This document shows, one piece after another, positions 1 through 9,676 of a stretch of 64,000 nucleotides of DNA (within the stretch, counting starts at the first letter, position 1; each line of letters opens with the position of its first letter). The translations under genes were made by a program, and so were the position numbers. The stretch is taken from sequence record LR588166.1. One strand, given 5' to 3'. The notes under the pieces are model-generated. The model did not search any database. It saw only the letters and a program-made list of their open reading frames with translations, and was not told the origin of the DNA.

Positions 1-2277
1 GATATATTCGGTAATAATGCTAAAGCCATTAAGCCATCTAGCATAAATGAAAAAATGACTCAAATGAAAATGCTAGATTTTTCGCAAACGTGCGAAATAG
101 ACGTCAGGCCAGAATTTAGATGCTTGGAAGTAAACTATAAGAATGCACCTATGCCAGATTTACATGTTGCATTCTTCGATATCGAGACCGCGTTTGATCA
201 AAAACGCGGTTATGCCGACCCGGCTGATCCTTTTAATCCCATTATATCAATATCTGTATATCTGCAATGGATGCAGCAAATGGTTTGCTTAGCATTAGCA
301 CCAGAGACTATATTGCCAGAAGATGCACAACGCATAGCATCAGAAGTAGGCGAAACAATTATATGTAAAAATGAAAAAGAAATGCTAAGTATGTTTATTG
401 ACTTAGTAGAAGATGCAGATATTTTATCAGGTTGGAACTCAGAACGGTTCGATATTCCTTATACTTTTAACAGAATTGTAAAATTATTAGGTAAGAATGA
501 ACTAAGAAAATTATGCCTTTGGGATCTTATGCCCAAGAAGCGCAATATTGAACAAGAAGGCGGCAGTAGTTTTGTTACATTCGAAACGTTTGGTAGAATA
601 CATTTAGATTATCTCCAATTGTATAAAAAATATAATTACGAAGAACGTCATAGTTACTCGTTAGATTCTATTTCGGAAATCGAACTAGGTGAACGAAAAG
701 TTCCATACAACGGAACATTAGACAAACTTTATAAATATGATTTTAAAAAGTTTTTAGAATATAACATTCAGGATACTCGACTCCTAGATAAGTTAGATAG
801 AAAATTAAAATATATAGATCTAGCTTCCACCATTGCACATAGTAATTGCATTCCTATCCCTACTGTTATGGGTGCAGTAGCTACAACCGAACAAGCAATT
901 ATAATCGAAGCACATAATAACGGCATGGTAGTGCCATCTAGGCAACGTTTTAAAAATAATGATACACTTAAAGCTGCGGGCGGTTGGGTAGCATATCCTA
1001 AAGTAGGACTGCATAGAGATATTGGCTCTAGTGACTTGAATTCACTGTATCCTTCTGTGTTAAGGGCACTAAACATGAGCCCAGAAACTATTATAGGACA
1101 GGTTCGATTAACGCTTACTAACCCTGCAATCGAAGAATGGTGTGCAAAAGGCGGAACAAAACATACATTTGCTGCATGGTGGAACGATAGGTTTACCACT
1201 TTAGAAATGGAATATGTGTTAAACAAAGACAGGGGTACTATATTAACGTTAGATATGGCAGACGGGCGCTCGTTTGAACTGTCAGGTGCCGAAATATACG
1301 AATTAGTATTCAACAGTGGTCAGAATTGGCATATCAGTGCTAACGGAACTATATTCACACAAGACAGAGCAGGTGTAATTCCGTTACTACTTACAAGATG
1401 GTATGCAGAACGTAAAGGGATGCAGAAAATTGCATCAGATTATAATTCTTTAGATAAAGAACACCATAGCGACAAAACTGTATTTTTAGAAGATAAATCA
1501 GTATTAGATGGAATATGCGTAGGCGAAGTTGAATTAGCAGACCATTATAATATTAATGATGTATATGTTGCAGCTACATTAAAAAATCTTGTCGAATCAA
1601 AAAATTGGCAAGAAGTAGCAATATATATGAAAAAGTATGGACTAGAAGTGTCGTCTGACAATTCAATTGTTATGTCAGATTCCCATATGCAAAACGAATA
1701 TTACGAATATTGGGATAAAGCCCAGTTAGTTCGTAAAATTGGATTAAACAGCTTATATGGCGGACTACTTAACGAACATTCTAGATTCTACGATAAAAGA
1801 CTAGGACAGAGTACTACACTTACTGGGCGCTGTATCACTAGACATATGGCTTCTAAGACAAACGAAATGTTCACTGGCATTTACGATCACGAAGGCGATT
1901 GTGTAATTTATGGCGATACAGATAGTGTAGATGGATCAACTATCCTAAATACTTCTTTAGGTAAAATAACTATAGAAGAGTTGTTTAATGTGTCTGACAA
2001 GCATGTAGTTCATGCAGAAAAAGAATTTGCTTCGAACGAAGATGTTATGGTAATGTCATGGGACAATTCTGCAAAACAACCGTATATGGGGCATATAAAC
2101 TATGTGTACCGACATGAAGTAGAAAAAGAGTTATTCGAAATAGAAGACAACAACGGAAATAAAGTTATAGTAACCGAAGATCATTCTATTATGGTTATAC
2201 GTAATGCAGAACTATTAGAAGTTAAACCCACAGATTTAACAGACAGTGATATAATATTATCTATTGTATATGAATAA
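1..2277 (+). CDS. Family B DNA polymerase, N-terminal fragment (5'-truncated by the window) fused to an N-intein
   Basis: Frame is open from base 1. ExoI FFDIET, ExoII GWNSERFD, ExoIII YNIQD, region A DLNSLYPS, region B KIGLNSLYG and region C YGDTD, followed directly by intein sequence. Confidence 0.97.
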   Translation, partial: DIFGNNAKAIKPSSINEKMTQMKMLDFSQTCEIDVRPEFRCLEVNYKNAPMPDLHVAFFDIETAFDQKRGYADPADPFNPIISISVYLQWMQQMVCLALAPETILPEDAQRIASEVGETIICKNEKEMLSMFIDLVEDADILSGWNSERFDIPYTFNRIVKLLGKNELRKLCLWDLMPKKRNIEQEGGSSFVTFETFGRIHLDYLQLYKKYNYEERHSYSLDSISEIELGERKVPYNGTLDKLYKYDFKKFLEYNIQDTRLLDKLDRKLKYIDLASTIAHSNCIPIPTVMGAVATTEQAIIIEAHNNGMVVPSRQRFKNNDTLKAAGGWVAYPKVGLHRDIGSSDLNSLYPSVLRALNMSPETIIGQVRLTLTNPAIEEWCAKGGTKHTFAAWWNDRFTTLEMEYVLNKDRGTILTLDMADGRSFELSGAEIYELVFNSGQNWHISANGTIFTQDRAGVIPLLLTRWYAERKGMQKIASDYNSLDKEHHSDKTVFLEDKSVLDGICVGEVELADHYNINDVYVAATLKNLVESKNWQEVAIYMKKYGLEVSSDNSIVMSDSHMQNEYYEYWDKAQLVRKIGLNSLYGGLLNEHSRFYDKRLGQSTTLTGRCITRHMASKTNEMFTGIYDHEGDCVIYGDTDSVDGSTILNTSLGKITIEELFNVSDKHVVHAEKEFASNEDVMVMSWDNSAKQPYMGHINYVYRHEVEKELFEIEDNNGNKVIVTEDHSIMVIRNAELLEVKPTDLTDSDIILSIVYE
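1924..2274 (+). mobile_element. N-terminal half of a split intein (IntN, 117 aa, Ser1)
   Basis: Starts SVDGST right after YGDTD. Block B TEDH (TxxH) is present. Ends at a stop codon with no HN terminus. Contains no Cys. Confidence 0.93.
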
Positions 2278-3952
2278 AGAATATTATCAGTCATACGCAA
2301 AAGAATTAAAAAAGAATAATAAGAAAGAATACAATCGTATTCTTTCTTTGTATGAGCCTGTATTCGATAAATGGGTTGCATTCAAGTATTATATAGAAGG
2401 AATATCGCCGCCTGTATGTAAAGAATGCAGTAATAGAATAACTGTTTCGGCAAAACAAGCAGAATATCACACAGAATGCAAATATAATAAACACAAGTAT
2501 TCATTCGATAAATTTATAAAATGCATAGATGATGACCAATACATATATTGTGTGTGGAATGGATATATTCCGACATCTAACAATATAACATACAGATGCA
2601 CTAAACACGGCATAATTGTTCAAAAACTTAGTTCTAGACTAAAAGGTCACAAATGCCAAAAATGTTCAGCTGAGCGTAAAGTAAGTCTAGATAACTTTAA
2701 TAACTGGAAAACGCAGTGTTCTAAAATACATAATAATTTTTATGATTATTCTGTATCTACTGATTTTACATTCTTAACAAAAGATGTATCTATTAAATGT
2801 CCAATACATGGAATATTTAAACAAAGAGCAAACGTTCATCAATCGGGTCACGGTTGTAAAAAATGCTCGTTCGAAGCCATCGGTCATAGATTATCATATG
2901 ACACAGATTCTTTTATAGAAAGAAGTAACAATGTTCATAATAATTTTTATGACTATACCAAAACTATATACACTAACATTAGAGATAAAGTTATTATAAC
3001 ATGTCCGATACACGGCGACTTTAATCAGATAGCATATTATCATACTGCCGGACACGGTTGTCAGAAATGCGATTTAGATAAAGTAGCAGAAACTACCTAT
3101 AGATCTAAGGCAGAAATAGAAATATTTGATTTAGTTAAATCTTATTGCTCAGATACAATTCATTCATACAATAAATTTGGATTCGAATTAGACATATATG
3201 TTCCTAGTAAAAATCTTGCAATAGAATATAATGGACTTTATTGGCATTCTTCTAAACATATAGAAACTGATCAAAAGTATAAAACATACCATCTTGATAA
3301 AACCACTACATGCGAACAAAATAATATCCAATTATTACACATTTTTGACAACGAATGGCATACTAAAAAAGATATATGGATCTCGGTAATAAAAAATAAA
3401 CTAGGTTTATCTAATAAAATATATGCAAGAAAAACAGAAATTAAAGAAGTTAATTTCGATGATGCAAAGCAATTTGCTGAAACGAATCATTTGCAGGGTC
3501 ATGCACAATTTCGGTATGCATACGGATTGTATTATTTAGATCAATTAGTTTCTTTATTAACAATTGCAAAACCCAGGTTTAATAAAAATGCAAACTGGGA
3601 AATAGTAAGATTTTGTAACCTAAATAACACAAGTGTAATTGGTGGGTTTTCTAAATTATTAAAGGTAGTTTCTTGTAATTTTACAGGCAAGATAGTATCA
3701 TATGCAAATAGGCGCTGGTCCGCAGGAAACGTTTATGAAAAAAACGGATTTGCCAAAACTTCAATAATAGCTCCTGGATTTTATTATACTGACTTCAAAG
3801 ATACATATAATAGATTATCTTTCTCTAAAGACAAGGCAAAAGTTAAATTAAAAAATTATAATAATTCAGTTAGCGTAGTAGAAAATATTTACGCAAACGG
3901 ATATGGCAGGATTTGGGATTCAGGAAATATTGTTTATACAAAGGATTTATAA
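2270..3952 (+). CDS. Free-standing putative homing endonuclease (Zn-ribbon repeats, PD-(D/E)xK-like nuclease, C-terminal domain)
   Basis: Repeated C-[TP]-[KI]-HG and CxxC motifs, ELDIYVPSKNLAIEYNGLYWHS nuclease-like motif. ATG 2270 overlaps the IntN stop, and its own stop abuts ATG 3953. Confidence 0.8.
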   Translation: MNKEYYQSYAKELKKNNKKEYNRILSLYEPVFDKWVAFKYYIEGISPPVCKECSNRITVSAKQAEYHTECKYNKHKYSFDKFIKCIDDDQYIYCVWNGYIPTSNNITYRCTKHGIIVQKLSSRLKGHKCQKCSAERKVSLDNFNNWKTQCSKIHNNFYDYSVSTDFTFLTKDVSIKCPIHGIFKQRANVHQSGHGCKKCSFEAIGHRLSYDTDSFIERSNNVHNNFYDYTKTIYTNIRDKVIITCPIHGDFNQIAYYHTAGHGCQKCDLDKVAETTYRSKAEIEIFDLVKSYCSDTIHSYNKFGFELDIYVPSKNLAIEYNGLYWHSSKHIETDQKYKTYHLDKTTTCEQNNIQLLHIFDNEWHTKKDIWISVIKNKLGLSNKIYARKTEIKEVNFDDAKQFAETNHLQGHAQFRYAYGLYYLDQLVSLLTIAKPRFNKNANWEIVRFCNLNNTSVIGGFSKLLKVVSCNFTGKIVSYANRRWSAGNVYEKNGFAKTSIIAPGFYYTDFKDTYNRLSFSKDKAKVKLKNYNNSVSVVENIYANGYGRIWDSGNIVYTKDL

Positions 3953-4207
3953 ATGCATAATCTAACAAAACACCTTTTAGGTGTATTTTCTGCAAAAACA
4001 GAAGACGAAGAATATAACAGTGCAAAAAGAGCGTTAGAAGAATTAAACAAAAATATAAAAGAAAGAGATCCTAATAAATTTAATGTGTCTTTAGGAAAGG
4101 TATCTAAAGTAACTAATTTAGGAAAAAAGAAACAATATGTATACGATATAGGGATGAAAAATCCCGATAATCCGTATTTCTTTGGAAATAATATATTAGT
4201 TCACAAT
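3953..4207 (+). mobile_element. C-terminal half of the split intein (IntC, ends His-Asn, +1 Ser at 4208)
   Basis: Block F VYDIG and block G FFGNNILVHN. Ligation restores YGDTD-SCYF. Confidence 0.93.
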
Positions 4208-5092
4208 TCTTGCTATTTTACTGCATGGCCTGCAGTAAAAGACCTTGTAGAATCTGGTGAAATGGAATGGGATAAAGATACTGTCATTAAATTATACGAC
4301 AACGTTTCGTCACAAGTAAGTGATACATTTCCAGAATTTTTAAAACAAACATTTAATGTTCCATATAAAAACTCAGAAGGTGTTATTAAGTCAGGTAGGG
4401 AAATTGTAGCTACTTCTGGTCTTTTTATTAAAAAGAAACGTTATGCTGCTATGATGTATGATAAAGAAGGTACTAGATACGACGACGAAAACAGCCCAGG
4501 AAAAGTAAAAGCAATGGGTCTGGACCTACGTCGGTCAGATACGCCTAAATTTGTCCAAACATTCCTTATGGAAATTCTAGTTATGGTGCTAACACATAAA
4601 ACAGAAGATGAAGTAATAGAATATATTAGAGAATTTAAAAAAGAATTTAATAAAATGAAACCGTGGGAAAAGGGAATGCCAAAAGGCGTCAACGGTATCA
4701 GTACATATGAAGATAAATTAGAAGAACACATGAATAAAAAGTTAGCAGGAAGAGAGTCTAGAATCACTGTCCCAGGTCACGTGTCTGCTGCGATGAATTG
4801 GAATAAACTAAAGCTTATCAATAAAGACCTACATACTCCTAAAATCTCAGATGGTCAAAAATGTGTTGTTTGTTATTTAAAAGAAACAGCAGACAATCAT
4901 TTTACTAGTATAGCATATCCTGTAGATGAATTGCACTTACCAGAATGGTTTACGTCTTTGCCATTTGATGAAGATTTAATGAGAGAAAAAGTAGTAGATA
5001 ACAAAGTTAAGAACCTTTTAGGTATTCTAAAATGGGATTTTAGTAAAACAGAAGAAGCTGCTGCACACTTCGATTCGCTGTTTGGTTGGTAA
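3953..5092 (+). CDS. C-intein fused to the C-terminal fragment of the family B DNA polymerase
   Basis: VYDI...ILVHN|SCYF junction, then KKRYA and KAMGLDLRRSDTPK palm/thumb motifs. Confidence 0.96.
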   Translation: MHNLTKHLLGVFSAKTEDEEYNSAKRALEELNKNIKERDPNKFNVSLGKVSKVTNLGKKKQYVYDIGMKNPDNPYFFGNNILVHNSCYFTAWPAVKDLVESGEMEWDKDTVIKLYDNVSSQVSDTFPEFLKQTFNVPYKNSEGVIKSGREIVATSGLFIKKKRYAAMMYDKEGTRYDDENSPGKVKAMGLDLRRSDTPKFVQTFLMEILVMVLTHKTEDEVIEYIREFKKEFNKMKPWEKGMPKGVNGISTYEDKLEEHMNKKLAGRESRITVPGHVSAAMNWNKLKLINKDLHTPKISDGQKCVVCYLKETADNHFTSIAYPVDELHLPEWFTSLPFDEDLMREKVVDNKVKNLLGILKWDFSKTEEAAAHFDSLFGW

Positions 5093-5114
5093 TCAAAAAC
5101 TATACTTTGTACAC

Positions 5115-5143
5115 TTGCATTATGAAAATATTTAATGTATAAT
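5115..5143 (+). promoter_or_regulatory. Sigma70-type promoter
   Basis: TTGCAT-17 nt-TATAAT upstream of the ORF at 5173. Confidence 0.6.
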
Positions 5144-5172
5144 TCACACACATCTTAGGAGAATAATAAGTA

Positions 5173-5919
5173 ATGATTGTAGACAATTTAAAGGACGTAG
5201 TTCGTAACACTCACGGTTTGGGTTTTATAGATACTGTTAAAATTATTGGTTCTGTAAATGAAACTAAATTAGAAGCTATGTCAACCAATAAAACTGTAGT
5301 TATGTACGGTTCTTTAAAAAAATCCATTCCGGGGTTAGACGATACTGTAGGTTTAAGTAGAATGTCTGTACTGAGCGGTATGTTAAATTTCCCACCATAT
5401 TCGGGAGATGATGCTGAAGTTTCTATTAAGAAACAAGAACGTAACGGTGAAGAAATTCCTGCAGAAATTGTATTTTCTTCTTCGACGGGTCATAAATCGT
5501 CGTACCGGTTTATGGCACGAGATACAGTAGACGAAGTGCTAAAAGTTCCGCCGTTTAGAGGAGTTGTGTGGGATATAGTTATTCAACCTACTAAACAAGC
5601 GATGAAGGATCTTCAATATTTCAGTGCTGTATTGGGTTCTTATGAATCTAACTTTTTAGTTAAAGTAACAGACGGTGTTTTAGAATTCCACATAGGTACC
5701 GGTGCTACTAGCGACCGTACTGTTGTACCATTTGCAAAAGATGTAAAGAGCACATTACGCAATAACTGGTCCTGGCCATTACCAGAAGTGTTAGCAATTC
5801 TAAAAAACGCAGATAGTGGCAAATGTACTATGTCTATTTCTAGCCAGGGTGCATTAATGATTGAACTCGATACTGGGTTAATAGAAGTTCAATATATTCT
5901 TCCTGCAAAAAGTGCATAA
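5173..5919 (+). CDS. Probable DNA polymerase sliding clamp (gp45-like)
   Basis: 248 aa, directly downstream of the polymerase, beta-rich repeating pattern, ends YILPA. Inferred from size and context. Confidence 0.55.
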   Translation: MIVDNLKDVVRNTHGLGFIDTVKIIGSVNETKLEAMSTNKTVVMYGSLKKSIPGLDDTVGLSRMSVLSGMLNFPPYSGDDAEVSIKKQERNGEEIPAEIVFSSSTGHKSSYRFMARDTVDEVLKVPPFRGVVWDIVIQPTKQAMKDLQYFSAVLGSYESNFLVKVTDGVLEFHIGTGATSDRTVVPFAKDVKSTLRNNWSWPLPEVLAILKNADSGKCTMSISSQGALMIELDTGLIEVQYILPAKSA

Positions 5920-5922
5920 ATA

Positions 5923-6183
5923 ATGATCTTACCTGCTCGTAAATTAGTTAAATTGCAATACTATATTGTACAGGAATCTTACAATTCTATAGGTAGACCA
6001 ATAACTACAGTTACTCTTGTATACAGAAAATATATATTTTTTACAAAGAAAGAAAAAATTATATTCGAGCGTATTAAGAAAACAGATAATTTGTATTATA
6101 AACAAGAATCCGAAAAAGAGTTGTGTGAACAACTAAGTGTATGGGCAAAAAGAACACTAAAAATATATGATATAGGGCAATAA
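5923..6183 (+). CDS. Hypothetical protein
   Basis: Colinear ORF ending in a hairpin terminator. Confidence 0.55.
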   Translation: MILPARKLVKLQYYIVQESYNSIGRPITTVTLVYRKYIFFTKKEKIIFERIKKTDNLYYKQESEKELCEQLSVWAKRTLKIYDIGQ

Positions 6184-6198
6184 TTGCCCTATATTTTT
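6171..6198 (+). terminator. Intrinsic terminator
   Basis: TATAGGGCAA-taa-TTGCCCTATA followed by a T-run. Confidence 0.65.
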
Positions 6199-6255
6199 CA
6201 TTTATAAATGAATTAACCTAAATACATATGCACTAAAGAATAATTAAGGAATATA

Positions 6256-7878
6256 ATGAAAAATTTATCAAACAGTCAAAAAGATTATGCGATCTATTTG
6301 CCTGCAATTAGTGGGTTTTACACAAAACAATTAGACAGTTCTATTAACGATCCGTCTACAAGAAAAATACCTAGCTTTCCTAATGGATATAATACTCTTA
6401 ATTTTTTAGATCCATCTAGCGATACATTCTTTTACGGGTATGGATTATATTCTGCAGGCCATGCAGAGCTGTCTTTATCTAGAACTGATGCAAAAGAATG
6501 GATGATCCAAGCCAGGGACAAAACACAAACAACAGTTATTGCAGATTCGGGTGGTTTTCAGGTAGCTACTGGTGTAATTAAATTAAACTGGGATGATTTT
6601 AAAGGAGCTAGCGGAGATAAAATAAGAAATGAAATTTTAAAATGGTGTGAACATACCGCCGACTGGTCAATGACACTAGATGTTCCTGCGTTTGCTGCTA
6701 CTCCTCCGTACAGTTCAAAAACCGGTCTTAATAAATTCGAAGATACATTAGATTATTCTCTTCATAATTTACATTATTACATGAAGAACAGAACTCCTGG
6801 CGCAACTAAATTCCTTAGTGTATTATCGGGATCAGATGTAGATACATCTAAAATTTGGTACGACAACGTAAAAGCATTTAGTGACCCCGCTAAAGTAGTA
6901 GAAATGGGATATCCAGCTAGTCATACACTCGAAGGATATGCATTTGCTGGTATAAACATGAGAAATATGTATTGTGCTCTTTCTCGATTCTTAGATCTAA
7001 TAGATGACAATATTATTTCAGATAAAAACTGGATACACTTTCTCGGACTAGGCAGGACTGATTGGGCTTGTTTCTTAACATCTATTCAGCGAAATATAAG
7101 AAAACATTATAATCCCAATATTAACATAAGTTTTGACGCAGCTTCTCCGTTTGTTTCTGTAGCATACGGTCTTGCATATAACTATAATTATTTTAATCCC
7201 AAACGGTGGGGATATAATATGGATTCTGCCCCGGACAGTAGAGAGTTTAGTGATAAAGATATTCCTATGCCGTTTATGAGTCCTATTATGGAAAAATTAT
7301 CATTAAAAGATATATGTCCATATCACAACGGTTATGGTATAATAAATGGTGTTAAAAATGCAAACTTTACAAAAGAAGATGTAGAAACTGCTCTCAAAGA
7401 AGGAAAAGATGCAGAATACGTGCCACCGAGTGCAAATAAAAATGGTAAAGTAGGTAAAACCAGTTGGGATTCACTTAGTTACTTATTAATAATGAATCAC
7501 AATGTTTACAATCATATAGCTGCAATCCAAGAATCTAATAGATTAGTTGATATAGAACGGTTGCGAGTTAAAGTAGATTACCGAGATTGGACTAGAGATA
7601 AAAAGAAAGGTACTATAGAAGTAAGTAATCACGTCCCTAGTTCGATTTTATACTTTGATCATTTTGTAGAAGTATTGCTAGATCCGAGTACTCCTAATAA
7701 GCGACAATTACTAGAAGATTATAGACCTATGCTAGACAGCATTAGTTTCGGTAATTATAACTCAAACTCATTTAACAGTCTTTTTGATGTAGATGCTACT
7801 GCAATTGAAGATGAAAATAAGTTTGCAGACATAAACGACGAAAAACTAACCGAATTAGAACAAGGATTAGACAATTAA
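6256..7878 (+). CDS. TGT-fold guanine transglycosylase (DpdA-like)
   Basis: TGT signature DSGGFQ, then MTLDVP, IHFLGLG and SFDAASP. Clustered with QueD-like and QueE genes. Confidence 0.8.
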   Translation: MKNLSNSQKDYAIYLPAISGFYTKQLDSSINDPSTRKIPSFPNGYNTLNFLDPSSDTFFYGYGLYSAGHAELSLSRTDAKEWMIQARDKTQTTVIADSGGFQVATGVIKLNWDDFKGASGDKIRNEILKWCEHTADWSMTLDVPAFAATPPYSSKTGLNKFEDTLDYSLHNLHYYMKNRTPGATKFLSVLSGSDVDTSKIWYDNVKAFSDPAKVVEMGYPASHTLEGYAFAGINMRNMYCALSRFLDLIDDNIISDKNWIHFLGLGRTDWACFLTSIQRNIRKHYNPNINISFDAASPFVSVAYGLAYNYNYFNPKRWGYNMDSAPDSREFSDKDIPMPFMSPIMEKLSLKDICPYHNGYGIINGVKNANFTKEDVETALKEGKDAEYVPPSANKNGKVGKTSWDSLSYLLIMNHNVYNHIAAIQESNRLVDIERLRVKVDYRDWTRDKKKGTIEVSNHVPSSILYFDHFVEVLLDPSTPNKRQLLEDYRPMLDSISFGNYNSNSFNSLFDVDATAIEDENKFADINDEKLTELEQGLDN

Positions 7879-8939
7879 TGAAAGTTATAATAATCCCAAT
7901 CGAATCAATAGAAACTCGGTATACGTCAGAATGGAATACGTTTCTTAAACCGCAACTAGAAAAGTATATAAACGAATCCGGTCTCGATGCAGAAATAGTT
8001 CAAATTGATGTAGATTATGTTGACGAAGGCACCTCTGCGGGCGCCTTCCTTAACTTTGCAAATACAAACATATTCAAAAGCAATCAATTCATTAAGTTAG
8101 CAAGTATAATAGAAACTTTAAACGATAACGATGTTGTTCTCTATACAGACGCATGGAATCCCACAGTAGTTCAACTAAATTACATGCGATCGTTAATGAA
8201 TAAAAAATTTAAAATAATGGGGTTGTGGCACGCCGGTTCGTATGATCCGCATGATTTTTTAGGAAGGCACTTTGATAAAAATTGGTCATATGAATTTGAA
8301 AGATCATTATATAATATATATGATGTAAATTTCTATGCAACTAATTTTAGTAAAGATCTCATGATAGATAACCTTTTTGGTAAAACAGCTAACGTAAACA
8401 GACACGATATAGTAGGTTGGCCAATGGAATATTTAGTTGACCAACTTACACCTTCTCCTAACAAGACAGATACTATATTATTTCCTCATCGAATTTCTCC
8501 GGAAAAACAACCAAATATATTTAAAAAATTAAGATCATTACTTCCTAACTACGAGTTTGTTTTTGCACAAGAAACTAAATTATCAAAGGCAGAATACCAT
8601 ACACTTCTTAAACGTTCTAAAATTGTCTTTTCGGCTTCGTTGCAGGAAACATTGGGTATAGGTTTCTACGAAGGTGCATTAGTCGGTGCAATTCCATTAT
8701 TGCCTGACCGATTGTCTTATAAAGAAATGACAGAAAATGTAAAAAACAGAAATTTGTATGTATATCCAAATGAATGGACTATTTCGGAAAATCTGGCAGA
8801 CCTAAAAAATTTAGTTACCCTAATAGATTATACTATGCGTAATTATAATTTTATAGTAGAAGAAATGAAACTTAATTTACTGCCCGAATTAAACAAATAT
8901 TATAACGGAACAGAGTTGTATAAAAGAATTTTAAAATAA
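7878..8939 (+). CDS. GT-B fold glycosyltransferase
   Basis: FPHRISPEKQP and FSASLQETLGIGFYEGALVGAIP resemble the GT4-like C-terminal domain. TAATG coupling to the transglycosylase gene. Confidence 0.82.
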   Translation: MKVIIIPIESIETRYTSEWNTFLKPQLEKYINESGLDAEIVQIDVDYVDEGTSAGAFLNFANTNIFKSNQFIKLASIIETLNDNDVVLYTDAWNPTVVQLNYMRSLMNKKFKIMGLWHAGSYDPHDFLGRHFDKNWSYEFERSLYNIYDVNFYATNFSKDLMIDNLFGKTANVNRHDIVGWPMEYLVDQLTPSPNKTDTILFPHRISPEKQPNIFKKLRSLLPNYEFVFAQETKLSKAEYHTLLKRSKIVFSASLQETLGIGFYEGALVGAIPLLPDRLSYKEMTENVKNRNLYVYPNEWTISENLADLKNLVTLIDYTMRNYNFIVEEMKLNLLPELNKYYNGTELYKRILK

Positions 8940-8964
8940 TTTCCATTTAATATTCTGCATACAA

Positions 8965-8993
8965 TTTACATTTTAATACGAAAACATTATAAT
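8965..8993 (+). promoter_or_regulatory. Sigma70-type promoter
   Basis: TTTACA-17 nt-TATAAT. Confidence 0.6.
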
Positions 8994-9023
8994 ATTACAA
9001 AATTAAAAATAAGGATTATTTTT

Positions 9024-9401
9024 ATGGGAATTAAACGATGGATCGAAGTTCCTTTTCAAAAAGAAGGAATTCACATGTACCCTGGTGCAGATAACAACCC
9101 TGCACTAGCTACAAATGATTGGAAAGATGTATCTTTTTTAGGATATCCTCATTTTCATTATTTTTATTTTACTGTTAAAATTGAAGTTTTTCATAATGAA
9201 CGAGATATCGAATTTATTCAATTTAGACGGTTCTTAGAAAGACTGTATAGTGAATCTCTGCTAAAACTAGATGGTAAATCTTGTGAAACTATGGCAGAAG
9301 AATTATATGAACAAATTAACATTGTATATCCTAACAGGGACGTTGTGATTACAGTGGCAGAAGACAATATTAATAAAGCTGTTTTAGAATTTTTCAAATA
9401 A
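9024..9401 (+). CDS. QueD-like (T-fold, PTPS-like) protein
   Basis: 125 aa. His cluster GIH...YPHFH, then SCETMAEEL and TVAEDN, matching the PTPS/QueD layout. Cluster context agrees. Confidence 0.6.
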   Translation: MGIKRWIEVPFQKEGIHMYPGADNNPALATNDWKDVSFLGYPHFHYFYFTVKIEVFHNERDIEFIQFRRFLERLYSESLLKLDGKSCETMAEELYEQINIVYPNRDVVITVAEDNINKAVLEFFK

Positions 9402-9415
9402 GCAAGGATGCTATT

Positions 9416-9676
9416 ATGTATAATAAACAACTGTCAGGAATATATACTACTACAACGATAAACTCTATGCCAGCTAGCTACTCCGGATTAACGGATCTAG
9501 GCATGTATGATACAGAACTTTCGGTATTGAGGAAAAAGATAGAACGGATAGAAAAAATGTTGTGCATGTTAGAAGTAGATAAATTACTTTCAGAAAAATA
9601 TCCTGCATTAAAATCTGCATATGACGAATACGAAGTCATATTATCTGTCATAAACGGTACGGAGAAAAAAGAGTAA
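9416..9676 (+). CDS. Hypothetical protein
   Basis: Colinear ORF with RBS, abutting the next gene. Confidence 0.6.
   Translation: MYNKQLSGIYTTTTINSMPASYSGLTDLGMYDTELSVLRKKIERIEKMLCMLEVDKLLSEKYPALKSAYDEYEVILSVINGTEKKE

Noticed and set aside
2278-3952. Group I/II intron as the explanation for the split polymerase
   Set aside because: Both flanks carry complete intein motifs and the ORF fills the whole gap, leaving no room for ribozyme core sequence.
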